58,389 nt of DNA from assembly GCA_030427125.1 (NCBI GenBank), contig JAUHXF010000004.1, forward strand, positions 1-58,389, in the 5' to 3' direction. The notes beneath the pieces are model-generated. The model had not been told where the DNA came from. It did no database searches and saw only the letters and a list, made by a program, of their open reading frames with translations. The stretch is from a bacterium. GTDB lineage: Bacteria; Patescibacteriota; Saccharimonadia; Saccharimonadales; SZUA-47. Both the position numbers and the translations under genes were made by a program. Shown here one piece after another: positions 40,392 through 50,379 of the stretch (its first letter is position 1; each line of letters begins with the position of its first letter).

Positions 40392-40595
40392 ACGAGCCCA
40401 GAAAAAGAAAAGCCTGAAGATTTGCCATCAGGGATTGCACCAGAGACGGGTAATGGTACTAGATGGGGTGAGATACTTAGTGTTGATGATTGCGGTAACC
40501 CTGTCGTATCACCGCATGAAGAGATCATGGCACGTAACTCGGGTCTAGAGACACCAGGTATTGCACCGCAAACACCTCAAAAACTTATCGGATAG
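40392..40595 (+). CDS. putative small protein with non-AUG (ACG) start
   Basis: AGGAGG 6 nt before ACG, followed by an open frame (M)SPEKEKPEDLPSG...KLIG*, 67 aa. Confidence 0.35.
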   Translation, partial: TSPEKEKPEDLPSGIAPETGNGTRWGEILSVDDCGNPVVSPHEEIMARNSGLETPGIAPQTPQKLIG

Positions 40596-40604
40596 GTACA
40601 ACGA

Positions 40605-41213
40605 TTATAAATATTGCGGTGCTCGGCTAGCTATAGGGCCGGCAACAAGTCCAATCTGTTGTAGCCTCTCGGCTTGGTTGTTTAGCGTATGTGCTACTGC
40701 TTCTGCCTGGTCGCCACTAAAGCATGCTGCAACAGTAATTCCCGCAAAAAAGTTCGAATCAGGCATCTCATAGATTTTCTCAATGGTATCGAGGTCTTGC
40801 TGGACTCGTTGATGACTTTCTGGGCCAGGCCACATAATGACTGCATGTAATACAGAATGAGCAGCAAAACCCGAAAATGTAACAGCCTTCACTCCTCTAG
40901 GTTTTATAATATAGCCCTCATCATTCGGAGTAGAGTTCAGAATTTCTAGTGCTCTACCCATTATTTCACTACTGCCAATTCGACTAACGCGTTTTAATAG
41001 CTCAAACTCTCTGCATAAATCTATCTCAATGTCATTAACCAGCGTGGATTGAAGAGACTTTCGACCTCTTAGCATAGAATCTAATTCAGCAAGCACAAAC
41101 CCACTGTTAGTAACGGGTCTATATAAATCAGCTGCTCTGGTTGCTCGAGTTTTACTGGCTTGAGTTTTTATATCTCTTTTTTGTTGTGCTGTAACTTTTC
41201 TTCGTGTCGACAT
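40605..41213 (-). CDS. hypothetical protein
   Basis: 202-aa ORF, TATACT 8 nt before ATG. Confidence 0.65.
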   Translation of the reverse strand: MSTRRKVTAQQKRDIKTQASKTRATRAADLYRPVTNSGFVLAELDSMLRGRKSLQSTLVNDIEIDLCREFELLKRVSRIGSSEIMGRALEILNSTPNDEGYIIKPRGVKAVTFSGFAAHSVLHAVIMWPGPESHQRVQQDLDTIEKIYEMPDSNFFAGITVAACFSGDQAEAVAHTLNNQAERLQQIGLVAGPIASRAPQYL

Positions 41214-41262
41214 ACCAAAAAAGTATAAATCGATTAATTTACAAGTAAAGTGCTAATGATTA

Positions 41263-41772
41263 TTACTTTAAATAATCCTTAAATTTTTCCTGGAACTTGG
41301 CGATTTTTGGGTTAATTATGACCTGGCAGTAGCCGGCTTCAGGATTGTTGTTGAAGTAGTTCTGATGGTAATCCTCAGCAGGATAGAAGGTATCGAGCAA
41401 TGTCACTTCAGTAACAACTGGATTGTCCCATAGGTCTTTCACGCCATCGATGACACGGTGCGCAAGCTCGCTCTCAAGATAATCATTACACAAAATAATC
41501 GAACGGTATTGTGGGCCGATGTCATTGCCTTGCCTATTCACTGTTGTCGGGTCGTGGACTGCAAAGAAGATTTCAAATACTTTCTCGAGCGGGATGACAT
41601 CTGGATCATACGTGACCTGTATGACTTCAGCATGCGTACCGTGTTGTTCGTACGTGGGATCTTTAAGGTCTCCGCCAGCATAGCCTGAAACTACCTTATC
41701 AACTCCTCTGACACGCTGAAAAACTGCCTCAATACACCAGAAACATCCTCCTCCAAGCACAATTGTCTTCAT
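41263..41772 (-). CDS. msrA: peptide-methionine (S)-S-oxide reductase
   Basis: GGGCFWC, SGYAGG, HDPT..NRQGNDIG.QYRS, AEDYHQ.Y, GYC. Confidence 0.98.
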   Translation of the reverse strand: MKTIVLGGGCFWCIEAVFQRVRGVDKVVSGYAGGDLKDPTYEQHGTHAEVIQVTYDPDVIPLEKVFEIFFAVHDPTTVNRQGNDIGPQYRSIILCNDYLESELAHRVIDGVKDLWDNPVVTEVTLLDTFYPAEDYHQNYFNNNPEAGYCQVIINPKIAKFQEKFKDYLK

Positions 41773-41805
41773 ACGTATATTGTAACCTAGTGAGCTAGAC
41801 GTTTA

Positions 41806-42057
41806 CTATCTGTTTGGGGTGATGTGTATGCCGCGATAGCCACTTTCAGGATCTTCATGTTTGTGTCTGGGTGCTGTCGCGTAGTAGCTCGAATTTTTTA
41901 CTGTGTCCAAGAACCATTTCATGAATTCAGCGTTAGTAAGTTCTCTATCGCCCAAAAACACACCACTTGGGTCAAATAGGCCGGAATTATCGTCTGCATG
42001 CTTCGGCATGTCAGCAAAATAGCCGTCTTTTTCAGCTGCGAGAGACTCATTATTCAT
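41806..42057 (-). CDS. small hypothetical protein
   Basis: 83-aa ORF filling the intergenic space, co-oriented with msrA. Confidence 0.5.
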   Translation of the reverse strand: MNNESLAAEKDGYFADMPKHADDNSGLFDPSGVFLGDRELTNAEFMKWFLDTVKNSSYYATAPRHKHEDPESGYRGIHITPNR

Positions 42058-42147
42058 ATCGATTCATAATAACATAAAATTTTAATGTCGTCAATACTGT
42101 TTCTGTGAAGCTTGATAAAACGACGTGACTTTTCGTATTCTAGGACC

Positions 42148-42801
42148 ATGGCAGGAGAAGTATTAGAGGCTTGTGCAAGATACCAGGATCGGTTAACACA
42201 GTTCACCCACGATAGAATGAGTGAATTTCTGCATGGTACAGAATCCTTTAAGTCGATAACGCACCAGTTGGCTTCGCCAACATGGCACCCTGAGTTTGCA
42301 CAAGATGAAATGACACTTATTACAAGAGGTCTTGATAGGTTTACAGATATTCGGTTACAAGCAATCGGAGAGGCATTGCAACATGGTGTTGGTATTGGGC
42401 TTAATGATGCTATTCCAGAGGATGCGGTGTTTGCGCAAGAGCCCGAAGTCGACAGAGGCGATGCTGCTGATATCTCGGGCGTGCTCAGCATTCCCATTGA
42501 CGTTGATGAGCAGAGATGGTGGCTGTCTATCTGCGGATACTACATGAAGTCTAAGGTTGATGACAAAGAAGTTATTGCTCAGGCTCGAAGTAGACCGGTT
42601 GCGTTTCCTGTTGCCTATGCACTGCGTGAAACTGCTGCATCAAATAAGGGCCTAAAAGAACAGCGGTATTTTCCGTATCGAGGACAGACTCACTATCAAG
42701 GTCGTAGCGAAGCAGCACCGTGGATTCAAGCTGCGAGTATTCCTGCACTCGGGGGTAGTATTTCTGAAGTCGCATGGACAGTTGGTGGGTTTTTTAGGTG
42801 A
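42148..42801 (+). CDS. hypothetical protein
   Basis: ORF overlaps queA start (GTGA); start uncertain (TTG 42112 or ATG 42148). Confidence 0.6.
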   Translation: MAGEVLEACARYQDRLTQFTHDRMSEFLHGTESFKSITHQLASPTWHPEFAQDEMTLITRGLDRFTDIRLQAIGEALQHGVGIGLNDAIPEDAVFAQEPEVDRGDAADISGVLSIPIDVDEQRWWLSICGYYMKSKVDDKEVIAQARSRPVAFPVAYALRETAASNKGLKEQRYFPYRGQTHYQGRSEAAPWIQAASIPALGGSISEVAWTVGGFFR

Positions 42802-43769
42802 TAGATTTTGATTTACCGAAAGAGTTAATTGCTCAGGAGCCTGTAAGTCCTCGTGACAGTGCGCGATTGCTTGTGTATGAGCGAAAATCGAAGAAAATTA
42901 CTGATGCAATCTTTAAAGATTTACTCGAATTTCTGCCGAAGAATTCAACACTTGTCCTCAATAATTCTAAGGTTGAACATTGTCGCTGGTTGTTTGATGA
43001 AGTTAAGGCTGAGCTATTTGTGCTCGAGAAGCTTGATCAATACACAGTGCGAGCGCTGGTGCGCCCTGGTAAGAAATTTAAGCTAGATATGGAAGCACCA
43101 CTCACGGATTGGCTGACCGCAAAGACTACCGCAATAGATAGTGAAGGCATCAGGACTATTCGACTGAACGTGCAACACGACGATGAACGATTGCAAGAAA
43201 TTGAACATGTGCCACTACCGCCCTACATTGCTCAGAACGATACGTTGGCGAAAGAATACCAGACAGTTTATGCAAAACCACTTGGTTCTAAAGCAGCGCC
43301 TACAGCTGGTCTGCATTTCACCGATGATTTACTAAAAAAAATTGCTCTGCGGCATGGTGTCGAAGAGGTCACACTTCATGTGGGGCTCGGAACATTTGCT
43401 AGTCTGACGGATGAAAACTATAAAACTGGCAAGTTACATAAAGAGTGGTATGAAATCCCCTCAGAGGTAGAGCAAAAGCTTGCAGCGGCAAGCCACATTA
43501 CGACAGTAGGAACGACCACGACACGGACACTTGAGTCATGGAAGAAATCAGGCGAGACGACGGGTAATACAGATATCTTTATCCAGCCTGGTTATGAGTT
43601 TCAGGCTGTGGATGCTCTTATCACTAACTTTCATCTACCTGGGACTTCACTGCTGTTAATGATTGAGGCGTTCATCGGGTCAAAAGCTGAAACGCAGCGC
43701 ATATATGATCACGCAATAGCTGAAAAGTATCGTTTCTATTCCTTTGGCGATGCAATGCTTATTATTTAG
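42798..43769 (+). CDS. queA: S-adenosylmethionine:tRNA ribosyltransferase-isomerase
   Basis: LIAQ.P..PRD.ARLL, PLPPYI, YQTVYA, AAPTAGLHF, TLHVG.GTF, TNFHLP, YRFYSFGDAMLI. Confidence 0.97.
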   Translation: MIDFDLPKELIAQEPVSPRDSARLLVYERKSKKITDAIFKDLLEFLPKNSTLVLNNSKVEHCRWLFDEVKAELFVLEKLDQYTVRALVRPGKKFKLDMEAPLTDWLTAKTTAIDSEGIRTIRLNVQHDDERLQEIEHVPLPPYIAQNDTLAKEYQTVYAKPLGSKAAPTAGLHFTDDLLKKIALRHGVEEVTLHVGLGTFASLTDENYKTGKLHKEWYEIPSEVEQKLAAASHITTVGTTTTRTLESWKKSGETTGNTDIFIQPGYEFQAVDALITNFHLPGTSLLLMIEAFIGSKAETQRIYDHAIAEKYRFYSFGDAMLII

Positions 43770-44578
43770 TCTGAGATCCAGTTAAACTCATTGAAACCAA
43801 TAACTGCCCGCTCGCCTAGAATATCAAGTATTTCAGGTAGTTCTTCACGATATTTTTCGTGTTGTGTGGACGTTAATACAATTTCTGGTAACCAACGCAT
43901 CGCTTCGTTCGGCCCATCAAGACCCATGCCACCGGCCCATGCGTTCGGTAGCCAGAACCCCTGCATCAATAAGTCTGAATCAAAACCACTGTAGTCTGCT
44001 AGTTGTTTGTCACCAAGGACGATGGCTCCTGTCCTAGAAGCAGGTCCTGTTACGCCATCTCCGAGAGAAGTACATTCATTTGGATCAGTGCTTATTCTGG
44101 CCAGCTCCTCAAGTGTTATTCCCTCATCGGTAACGTCATCGGTGAATATGAGTGTTTTACCTTGTATATCGGTCTTTGGGTCTAGTTTTCGTACTATTTC
44201 TAATGCCCCACCCTCTTGAGACAGCCCGTATCTTGTCGCTTGAAGATAGTCCACCTTCGGGTCCATACCGGGCTCAAATCTCGCCATATGACCCATGAAC
44301 GGTACAGTGAACTGAACACCTCCTTTGAGGATACTGGCATAAACAGTATGATCTACATCTCCGTTTCTGAAGTAGTGTTCTAACGCCGCAAGGCTCTCAA
44401 TACGATCAGCAACAGCTTCGGCTGAGAATAGAACTGCCGCTACGCCTTTATCTTTAAGTTCATTGGCTTTGCGAACTTTGAGATTGGTTATTACATGGGA
44501 TTCAGTGTCGAGCGCTCTCCAGTCTATTGGACTTCGCAGCCGCTCAATACCTTTTTGTGTATAGCTACTGATATGCAT
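43766..44578 (-). CDS. HPRT-like type I phosphoribosyltransferase, divergent
   Basis: ILKGG..F, Y.QATRYG, LIFTDDVTDEG.TL (PRPP loop), G.GLD....R.LP. Confidence 0.8.
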   Translation of the reverse strand: MHISSYTQKGIERLRSPIDWRALDTESHVITNLKVRKANELKDKGVAAVLFSAEAVADRIESLAALEHYFRNGDVDHTVYASILKGGVQFTVPFMGHMARFEPGMDPKVDYLQATRYGLSQEGGALEIVRKLDPKTDIQGKTLIFTDDVTDEGITLEELARISTDPNECTSLGDGVTGPASRTGAIVLGDKQLADYSGFDSDLLMQGFWLPNAWAGGMGLDGPNEAMRWLPEIVLTSTQHEKYREELPEILDILGERAVIGFNEFNWISD

Positions 44579-44634
44579 ACATCAAGCCTAAACCTGCTAA
44601 GTTGTTACTTCAAGAAGTTTATTTACAACGTCCT

Positions 44635-45609
44635 TTATGCCGCGCGCATATTTTCTAACTGTGCGACTTTTTCACTGTAATTCTTGTGTGCGTCATTAAC
44701 TCTGTCGGCGAATTGTGTAAGAACATCTGTATTTACCCCACTCTCTTTGCCGCCTAATCTGTAGTATGCGACGAGCGATTGAGTGATAAGCGCTGTCAGC
44801 TCCCTGAATGCGGGGCTGATAGTGCAGTATACATAGTTATTATGTAGATGTACCTTTGGTTCTGCCGTGTGAAAAGCGTCACCATGTTCTTGGCGTGGCT
44901 TTTGTTGGGTTGCACGATACAGAAATGGAATGTCAGCTTCAAATGCTTGTTCTGCAAACTTCGAGAATACAAAATTCGCGAATATAGTCTGAACTGCACT
45001 GGCAATTCTGTAGTCTTCAGTTGCGAGTGGTCTAGAGAAATCTCTCTCGAGTTGCCTAAAGTCTCCATAACCCATGTGAGCTAACGCAGCACGCGCAGTA
45101 TCTAGGACTAACCCTCCATGTTTACGCTGTCTGAGCATCTTGCCGCATTTTTGTTGGTCAATTGGCAAGACTCTTGCACGTACTAAATCATGATCGAAAC
45201 TATACACCTCGCCATCAAGCCCCATTCGTATACGTGCGCGCAACGCACGGTTTGACACATCGGGCCGTAGTGAGAGCTGTTGAGCTAGGCTACGATCAAA
45301 TAGTGGTTGTAGTAGCCTATCTTCTCCGGAGCCTTCTCCATAGTATGATGTTACGTTGCTCGCAGCCGTGTCTATGATGTCAGGAAATTGCCAGAGTTGT
45401 GAACCGTCAACGTATACGCCTTGCAGCTCAATCGTGTCTCCTCTGCCAAGTCGGGTGACCTGATAACTATCTTCCCTGACGACTACTGATTCATGATCTG
45501 TTGCAACGGCAAGAACATCGGTACGTGGCTGGTCCTGTGCGTATGTCTTGAGCAGTTCGCCTCCGTCTTCGAATAACATTGGTAAATGCAATAAAGAAGA
45601 TTGTGACAT
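44635..45609 (-). CDS. degenerate RNB (RNase II/R catalytic)-like domain protein
   Basis: LS.RP...NRAL, AN..F, IPFLYR.TQ, H......Y.TISPAFR...LI.Q resembling Y.HFTSPIRRY.DL..H; catalytic Asp cluster not recognisable. Confidence 0.5.
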   Translation of the reverse strand: MSQSSLLHLPMLFEDGGELLKTYAQDQPRTDVLAVATDHESVVVREDSYQVTRLGRGDTIELQGVYVDGSQLWQFPDIIDTAASNVTSYYGEGSGEDRLLQPLFDRSLAQQLSLRPDVSNRALRARIRMGLDGEVYSFDHDLVRARVLPIDQQKCGKMLRQRKHGGLVLDTARAALAHMGYGDFRQLERDFSRPLATEDYRIASAVQTIFANFVFSKFAEQAFEADIPFLYRATQQKPRQEHGDAFHTAEPKVHLHNNYVYCTISPAFRELTALITQSLVAYYRLGGKESGVNTDVLTQFADRVNDAHKNYSEKVAQLENMRAA

Positions 45610-45694
45610 ACGCCCTCCGTGTTTTCGGTCTCTGTTTTATGTACCTAAGTAATTTATAGCAATTAATGAATAAAATGCTTGTGATTTATATCAC

Positions 45695-47320
45695 TTATTT
45701 CAATTGCAAGTCGCGGCGAGAGAATATGACTATAGAAAGTACTGTCAATATCGCGGCTAAAATCAGCATTACGTACAAAGGTCCATAGTCAATATCGGTT
45801 GCAGGGTACAGAGGTGTGTGGCTGAACGGCGATAGGTTTTGGGTCCATTGGGGCCAACTAAAGATCGAGGCAAATGAGCCAATAAGTGCCACAAAAGCAT
45901 ATGCGAACCAGGCAAATGATTTAAAGAATTTTGTAGAGACACTAAAAACAAGTGTGAGAATCGACAGAAACAGTAGCATCGCTGGGATATTAAAGCCGCT
46001 TGAGATAACAATATCCATAAACTCTGTCTCAGGTGTATCGGCGGCGATATAGTAGCTTATGCCACCGAAAAAACCCATTACAACGAAACAGAGCACAGCC
46101 CCACCTGCAATCAGACTACTGTTGCTCACTAGCCAAGCCGTTCTTGTTTTGGCAGATGCTAGTAGCTGCTCAAGGCGTCCACTTGTTTCTTCCTGAGATA
46201 CCTTAATCATCGTAGCAACAACGTATGCAGACAGCATTGCTGCAATGAGTGGGAACATCGATGCAATGACGGTGTCAGTGAAGCTACCAGATGCTGGTGC
46301 GAGTAGTTCTTGAAATAGCTCTGTCTCCTCAAAAGCTTCACGGTAGTCGTTCGCGACAACAGTAATCATGCTGCCGGCGAGAATAAACGCTGTGAGCCAT
46401 GCGTATAATTGTGAGCGCTGTAGGCGAAATCCAAGGCCCGTAATTGAAAGTAGATAGCTCGGAGCTCTATTTGGTCCGGCTTTGGCCTGAAAGATACTTG
46501 AGCCGATGTCTCGTCGTTTCATAAGAGTATATGAAAGAAGTATGAGCGCAGAGGCCCCGATAAATAACAGCAAAAGCGCTACGTAGTTTTGTTCGCTAAA
46601 TGGAAGCACTTGGTAGCCCCAGCCGAGCGGCGAAAGCCATGATATCCAGCTGGCAGTTACAGAGAGTCCATCAGCAGACAACTCGCCAAGTGCATCTCCG
46701 AATGCACGCACAAGAAAGCTTACCGCAAGAATGGAGATAGCGAGACTATTTGCCCCGCGTCGGTAGTCACTTAACTGTGCAGTTATAGCGCCAATGCTTG
46801 CGAAGAATATGCCGACCAGGGCTATCGAGGCTCCGAACAATGCAGCACCATCAACGCTTAGACCCTCAGCAGGCGCGAGGGTGGCAAAGAGGAGTAATCC
46901 AACAAGTATATTTGCGCAAACTGCGAGGGCCAATGCGGCACTCAGCTGTGCAGAACGACCAGTCACAGAAGAGCCAATCATTTCCCCAGCGCCAATTTCT
47001 TCGTTATACCTGGTGTGTCTGCTGATAATAAAAATGCTCATGATCGCAACGATAATTGCAGTGAAAAAGTATAGTTCAGCCATGACGATTGAACCTAGAT
47101 TCGCCCCCTGCACTGTCCCGGAAAATATTCGCCCGACTGAACTGGTAGCGGCCGAGGCTACGTAGGAAGTTTGTGCTGCAGTGTCTGGATAAGCTTCGTA
47201 TAACGCAGGAATCGAGCCAGCCACCATTATGACTACTAAGAATATAGTTAGTGGCAACACGACTCGATCACGACGCAAAGCGAGGCGAATCAGGCGCGCA
47301 GTACCTTTAAAAACGCGCAC
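45695..47320 (-). CDS. ABC-2 type exporter permease
   Basis: RL.LRRDR, RHTR..EE.G..E, SWLSPLGW, RRDIG, EE.SGRLE, RRDL; about 12 TM. Confidence 0.9.
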   Translation of the reverse strand: MRVFKGTARLIRLALRRDRVVLPLTIFLVVIMVAGSIPALYEAYPDTAAQTSYVASAATSSVGRIFSGTVQGANLGSIVMAELYFFTAIIVAIMSIFIISRHTRYNEEIGAGEMIGSSVTGRSAQLSAALALAVCANILVGLLLFATLAPAEGLSVDGAALFGASIALVGIFFASIGAITAQLSDYRRGANSLAISILAVSFLVRAFGDALGELSADGLSVTASWISWLSPLGWGYQVLPFSEQNYVALLLLFIGASALILLSYTLMKRRDIGSSIFQAKAGPNRAPSYLLSITGLGFRLQRSQLYAWLTAFILAGSMITVVANDYREAFEETELFQELLAPASGSFTDTVIASMFPLIAAMLSAYVVATMIKVSQEETSGRLEQLLASAKTRTAWLVSNSSLIAGGAVLCFVVMGFFGGISYYIAADTPETEFMDIVISSGFNIPAMLLFLSILTLVFSVSTKFFKSFAWFAYAFVALIGSFASIFSWPQWTQNLSPFSHTPLYPATDIDYGPLYVMLILAAILTVLSIVIFSRRDLQLK

Positions 47321-47323
47321 GCT

Positions 47324-48232
47324 TTATGCGTCTTTCCGGGCTTTATTTTTGTCGTAGTACTGCAGGAATAACTCTTCTAGCTTCGGTGGATGTGACACAA
47401 TATGTGTGACATTCAAATCTGACAATTTCTTTGTGACGCTCGTGAGTTTTTTTGGCTCAACCGAGAACGTGACCGTATTTCCTTGTTGGTTAAAGTTGTG
47501 TACACCAGAAAGTTTTTCGAGAGATTTTGCGGATTTCTCTGTTTCAACCTCAAACTGCGTATGTTGTAGACGTTGAATATCACCAAGTGCTCCAGTTTCA
47601 ATTGTTGAGCCATCCCTGATAATAGTGACGCGATCACATAATGCTTCAACTTCTGCCAGTATATGGCTCGATAGCAGGATTGTTTTTCCTTCTGATTTCA
47701 GTCCACGAACGTATTCCTGGAACGTTGCCTCCATGAGTGGGTCGAGCCCAGATGTAGGTTCATCGAGGATGTAGAGGTCTACATTTGATGCAAAGGCGGC
47801 TACGAGCGCAACTTTTTGTTTATTACCTTTTGAGTAGGTACGGAATTTCTTCGTGGGGTCTAGTTTAAATAATTTCAGCAACGTAGCACGTTTCTTCTCG
47901 TCGATGCCACCACGCAAATCAGCCAGTAAATCGATGCATTCGCCACCACTTAAGTTAGGCCATAGATTTACATCACCTGGGACATAGGCGAGGCGTTTGT
48001 GGAGAACAACATTCTTGCCCCATGGCTCTTCATCGAAGAGTTTGATGGAACCACCTGTTTTTCGCATAAGGCCAAGTAGGATTCGGATTGTTGTAGACTT
48101 GCCTGCACCGTTTGGGCCTAGGAAGCCATGTACTTCGCCTTTTTGTACGGTAAGATTGAGCTCATCTAAAGCTTTGAAATCGCCGAATTCCTTTGTGAGG
48201 TTTTTGATTTCGATTACATTTTCTGTTGCCAT
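47324..48232 (-). CDS. ABC transporter ATP-binding protein
   Basis: GPNGAGKST, YSKGNKQK, ILDEPTSGLDP, SSH. Confidence 0.97.
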   Translation of the reverse strand: MATENVIEIKNLTKEFGDFKALDELNLTVQKGEVHGFLGPNGAGKSTTIRILLGLMRKTGGSIKLFDEEPWGKNVVLHKRLAYVPGDVNLWPNLSGGECIDLLADLRGGIDEKKRATLLKLFKLDPTKKFRTYSKGNKQKVALVAAFASNVDLYILDEPTSGLDPLMEATFQEYVRGLKSEGKTILLSSHILAEVEALCDRVTIIRDGSTIETGALGDIQRLQHTQFEVETEKSAKSLEKLSGVHNFNQQGNTVTFSVEPKKLTSVTKKLSDLNVTHIVSHPPKLEELFLQYYDKNKARKDA

Positions 48233-48367
48233 AATGCTCCCCTATTCATAAGCATTGTATAGCGATAGGTAACGCAACTCAACGAAAACAGTATTTTATA
48301 AGTACGTGTACACCCTATTATGCTGAAAAAACACATTATTTTTGGTATAATTTGCAGACGTCGTTAA

Positions 48368-48449
48368 TTGGATGTGGCCAAGTGGTAAGGCACCTGGCTG
48401 TATGAGCACCCAGTGCGAGTAAATCAACAAAAGTCCAAGGACCAAAACC
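48368..48449 (+). other. duplicated 5' half of tRNA-Gln plus antisense-to-anticodon segment
   Basis: 48370-48397 is identical (28 nt) to 48492-48519; 48439-48449 GGACCAAAACC is the reverse complement of 48518-48528. Confidence 0.8.
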
Positions 48450-48489
48450 TTACTCCTTAGACAACGAAAAATTGTAAGAAACAATGTAA

Positions 48490-48564
48490 TGGGATGTGGC
48501 CAAGTGGTAAGGCACCTGGTTTTGGTCCAGGCATTCGGGGGTTCGAATCCCTCCATCCCAGCCA
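48490..48564 (+). tRNA. tRNA-Gln (TTG)
   Basis: TGGGATG/CATCCCA acceptor, CCTGG-TTTTGGT-CCAGG anticodon arm, GGTTCGAATCC, G73-CCA. Confidence 0.97.
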
Positions 48565-48689
48565 TGTTAATCAGTATTTCAAAACATTCAAATCCTCCCG
48601 GTGCTTTACGAGTAATTTTTTGCCATGAGCACTATTGCTAACTGTTTACTGATTGACTATACTTACAAACGAAATGGAGGGCGCAACCC

Positions 48690-50243
48690 ATGGATGAAGA
48701 TAAAAATCCAACAACTACTCCTGAAGAGCAGCCAGAAGCAGCAAAAAAGGATGATGCAGTGCAAGAAACAGAGGTTCAAGAGACTCAAGAACAAGTGTCT
48801 GAACCAGCTGAAGTTACAGAAGAAACGAGTGTTATCTCTGAAGCAACAGATGAGCAGACCGCTACATCAAGGCCTGCAGAAGTAGTGACGAAAGAAAAAA
48901 AGAAGCCAAAAGTAGTTTGGTATGGCATTATTGCTGCATTCGTAGTGCTTGCTGGAACGCTCGGTATCGTGCTGACGCTCACAGGTGACAAGGATACGCA
49001 AGAGCCTGTTGCATCTCAGACACAACAAGAGCCAGAAGCACGCATCACTACTCTTGGTGCAGAGATTGCTATCGCTGAAGGAGCAGTTGAAATTAGCTCG
49101 GATGGAGGGACCTCTTGGGTTGAAACACCGGGCTCCGAGTCGATTGCTAATTCAGATTACGTTCGTACACTAGATGATAGTCGCGCAGTCATATTGTTTG
49201 ACGATGGTAGTGTCGCTCGCTTGGATAAGAATACTGAAGTGTATTTATCGTCTCTAGAAAGGGACGGACTTGAGATGACGCTTATAAAGGGGCAAGTCTA
49301 TACTCGAGTTGTTGAAAGCGAAACGACACCGTTCACTGTCATTACTGCTAACGAGCGATTTACGTCACTCGGCACTGCGTATAAGACCTCGACCGATGGA
49401 GATAAAGATGTACTAGAAGTCTATCAGAGTAACGTTAAAGTAGCGTCTGAAGATGTAGAAGTCTCAGAAGGAAATAAATACGACACCGAAACTAAAGAGC
49501 AGTCCGCGATAGACCTAGAAGAGCTGCAAGAAGACGAATTTGCACAGTGGAACAAAGAGCAAGACAGTGCAAGCGATGACTTCAAGGATAAACTAGGAGT
49601 TCTGAGTGCAAAGCCTGAAGAAAAAGCAGATGAACCAACAACGAGCAAGCCTGAAACTTCGAACGAATCTACGGGCATCACACTTTCTGCGAGCCAGTTC
49701 GATGGTGGCGTCAGGCTAAGTTGGAATGTGCTCGGAGCCACTTCTGGTAACGGATTTAAGGTGGTGCGGTCTAAGTCACCTGGTCCACGCTATGGGACAG
49801 ATTCCGCACAATATGTCAGCAAGGAGGCTACGTCACACAAGTGGTGGGATGATAACGGTGGCACATACTATTACAAGGTGTGTGTTTATCGAGAGAATGG
49901 CACGTGTGACACGTATAGTAATGAGGTAAAAGCAGCTTCACCAAAGGTGGAGAAAGCAGAGGTAGAGAGCGGAGACATAACATTAGAAATAGATGGGAAC
50001 AAGCTCAGCTGGAGTCTCGTCGGCGGCACTGCGCCGCACGGATTTAAGATAGTGATGTCTTCAGACGAAGACCCAGAATATCCAGCGGACAGTATCCAAT
50101 ATGTGGGCGCTGAAAGTTCATCAGCAAAGCTACCAAATAAAACTGCAGGAACGTATTACGTTCGAGTCTGTAAGTATACGAACGGAACTCAAGATGCTGG
50201 TTGTGTTGACTACTCAAATGTTGTCGAATACGTGCTTCCGTAG
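48690..50243 (+). CDS. membrane-anchored FecR-domain protein with two Cys-paired FN3-like modules
   Basis: Acidic N-terminus, TM, VRT..DSRAVI.FDDGS..RLD.NT, SLGTAY; two YY.(K/R)VC.Y...C..YSN.V modules; GGAGG RBS. Confidence 0.78.
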   Translation: MDEDKNPTTTPEEQPEAAKKDDAVQETEVQETQEQVSEPAEVTEETSVISEATDEQTATSRPAEVVTKEKKKPKVVWYGIIAAFVVLAGTLGIVLTLTGDKDTQEPVASQTQQEPEARITTLGAEIAIAEGAVEISSDGGTSWVETPGSESIANSDYVRTLDDSRAVILFDDGSVARLDKNTEVYLSSLERDGLEMTLIKGQVYTRVVESETTPFTVITANERFTSLGTAYKTSTDGDKDVLEVYQSNVKVASEDVEVSEGNKYDTETKEQSAIDLEELQEDEFAQWNKEQDSASDDFKDKLGVLSAKPEEKADEPTTSKPETSNESTGITLSASQFDGGVRLSWNVLGATSGNGFKVVRSKSPGPRYGTDSAQYVSKEATSHKWWDDNGGTYYYKVCVYRENGTCDTYSNEVKAASPKVEKAEVESGDITLEIDGNKLSWSLVGGTAPHGFKIVMSSDEDPEYPADSIQYVGAESSSAKLPNKTAGTYYVRVCKYTNGTQDAGCVDYSNVVEYVLP

Positions 50244-50379
50244 AATCTGGACAAAATAATATTCTTGTGCTAAAATATACATAATTGTTTTATTCTCAAA
50301 TTTTAGATAGTAACGTGGGTTATTTTGGTAAGTTTTGGAGCAAAACATACAAATAACTATCTAATAGAGAAAGATTATA

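Noticed and set aside
48368-48440. Second functional tRNA or intron-split tRNA
   Set aside because: No T-arm or CCA, and the downstream tRNA-Gln is already complete
48296-48565. 89-aa minus-strand ORF
   Set aside because: Antisense translation of tRNA-Gln and its duplicated half
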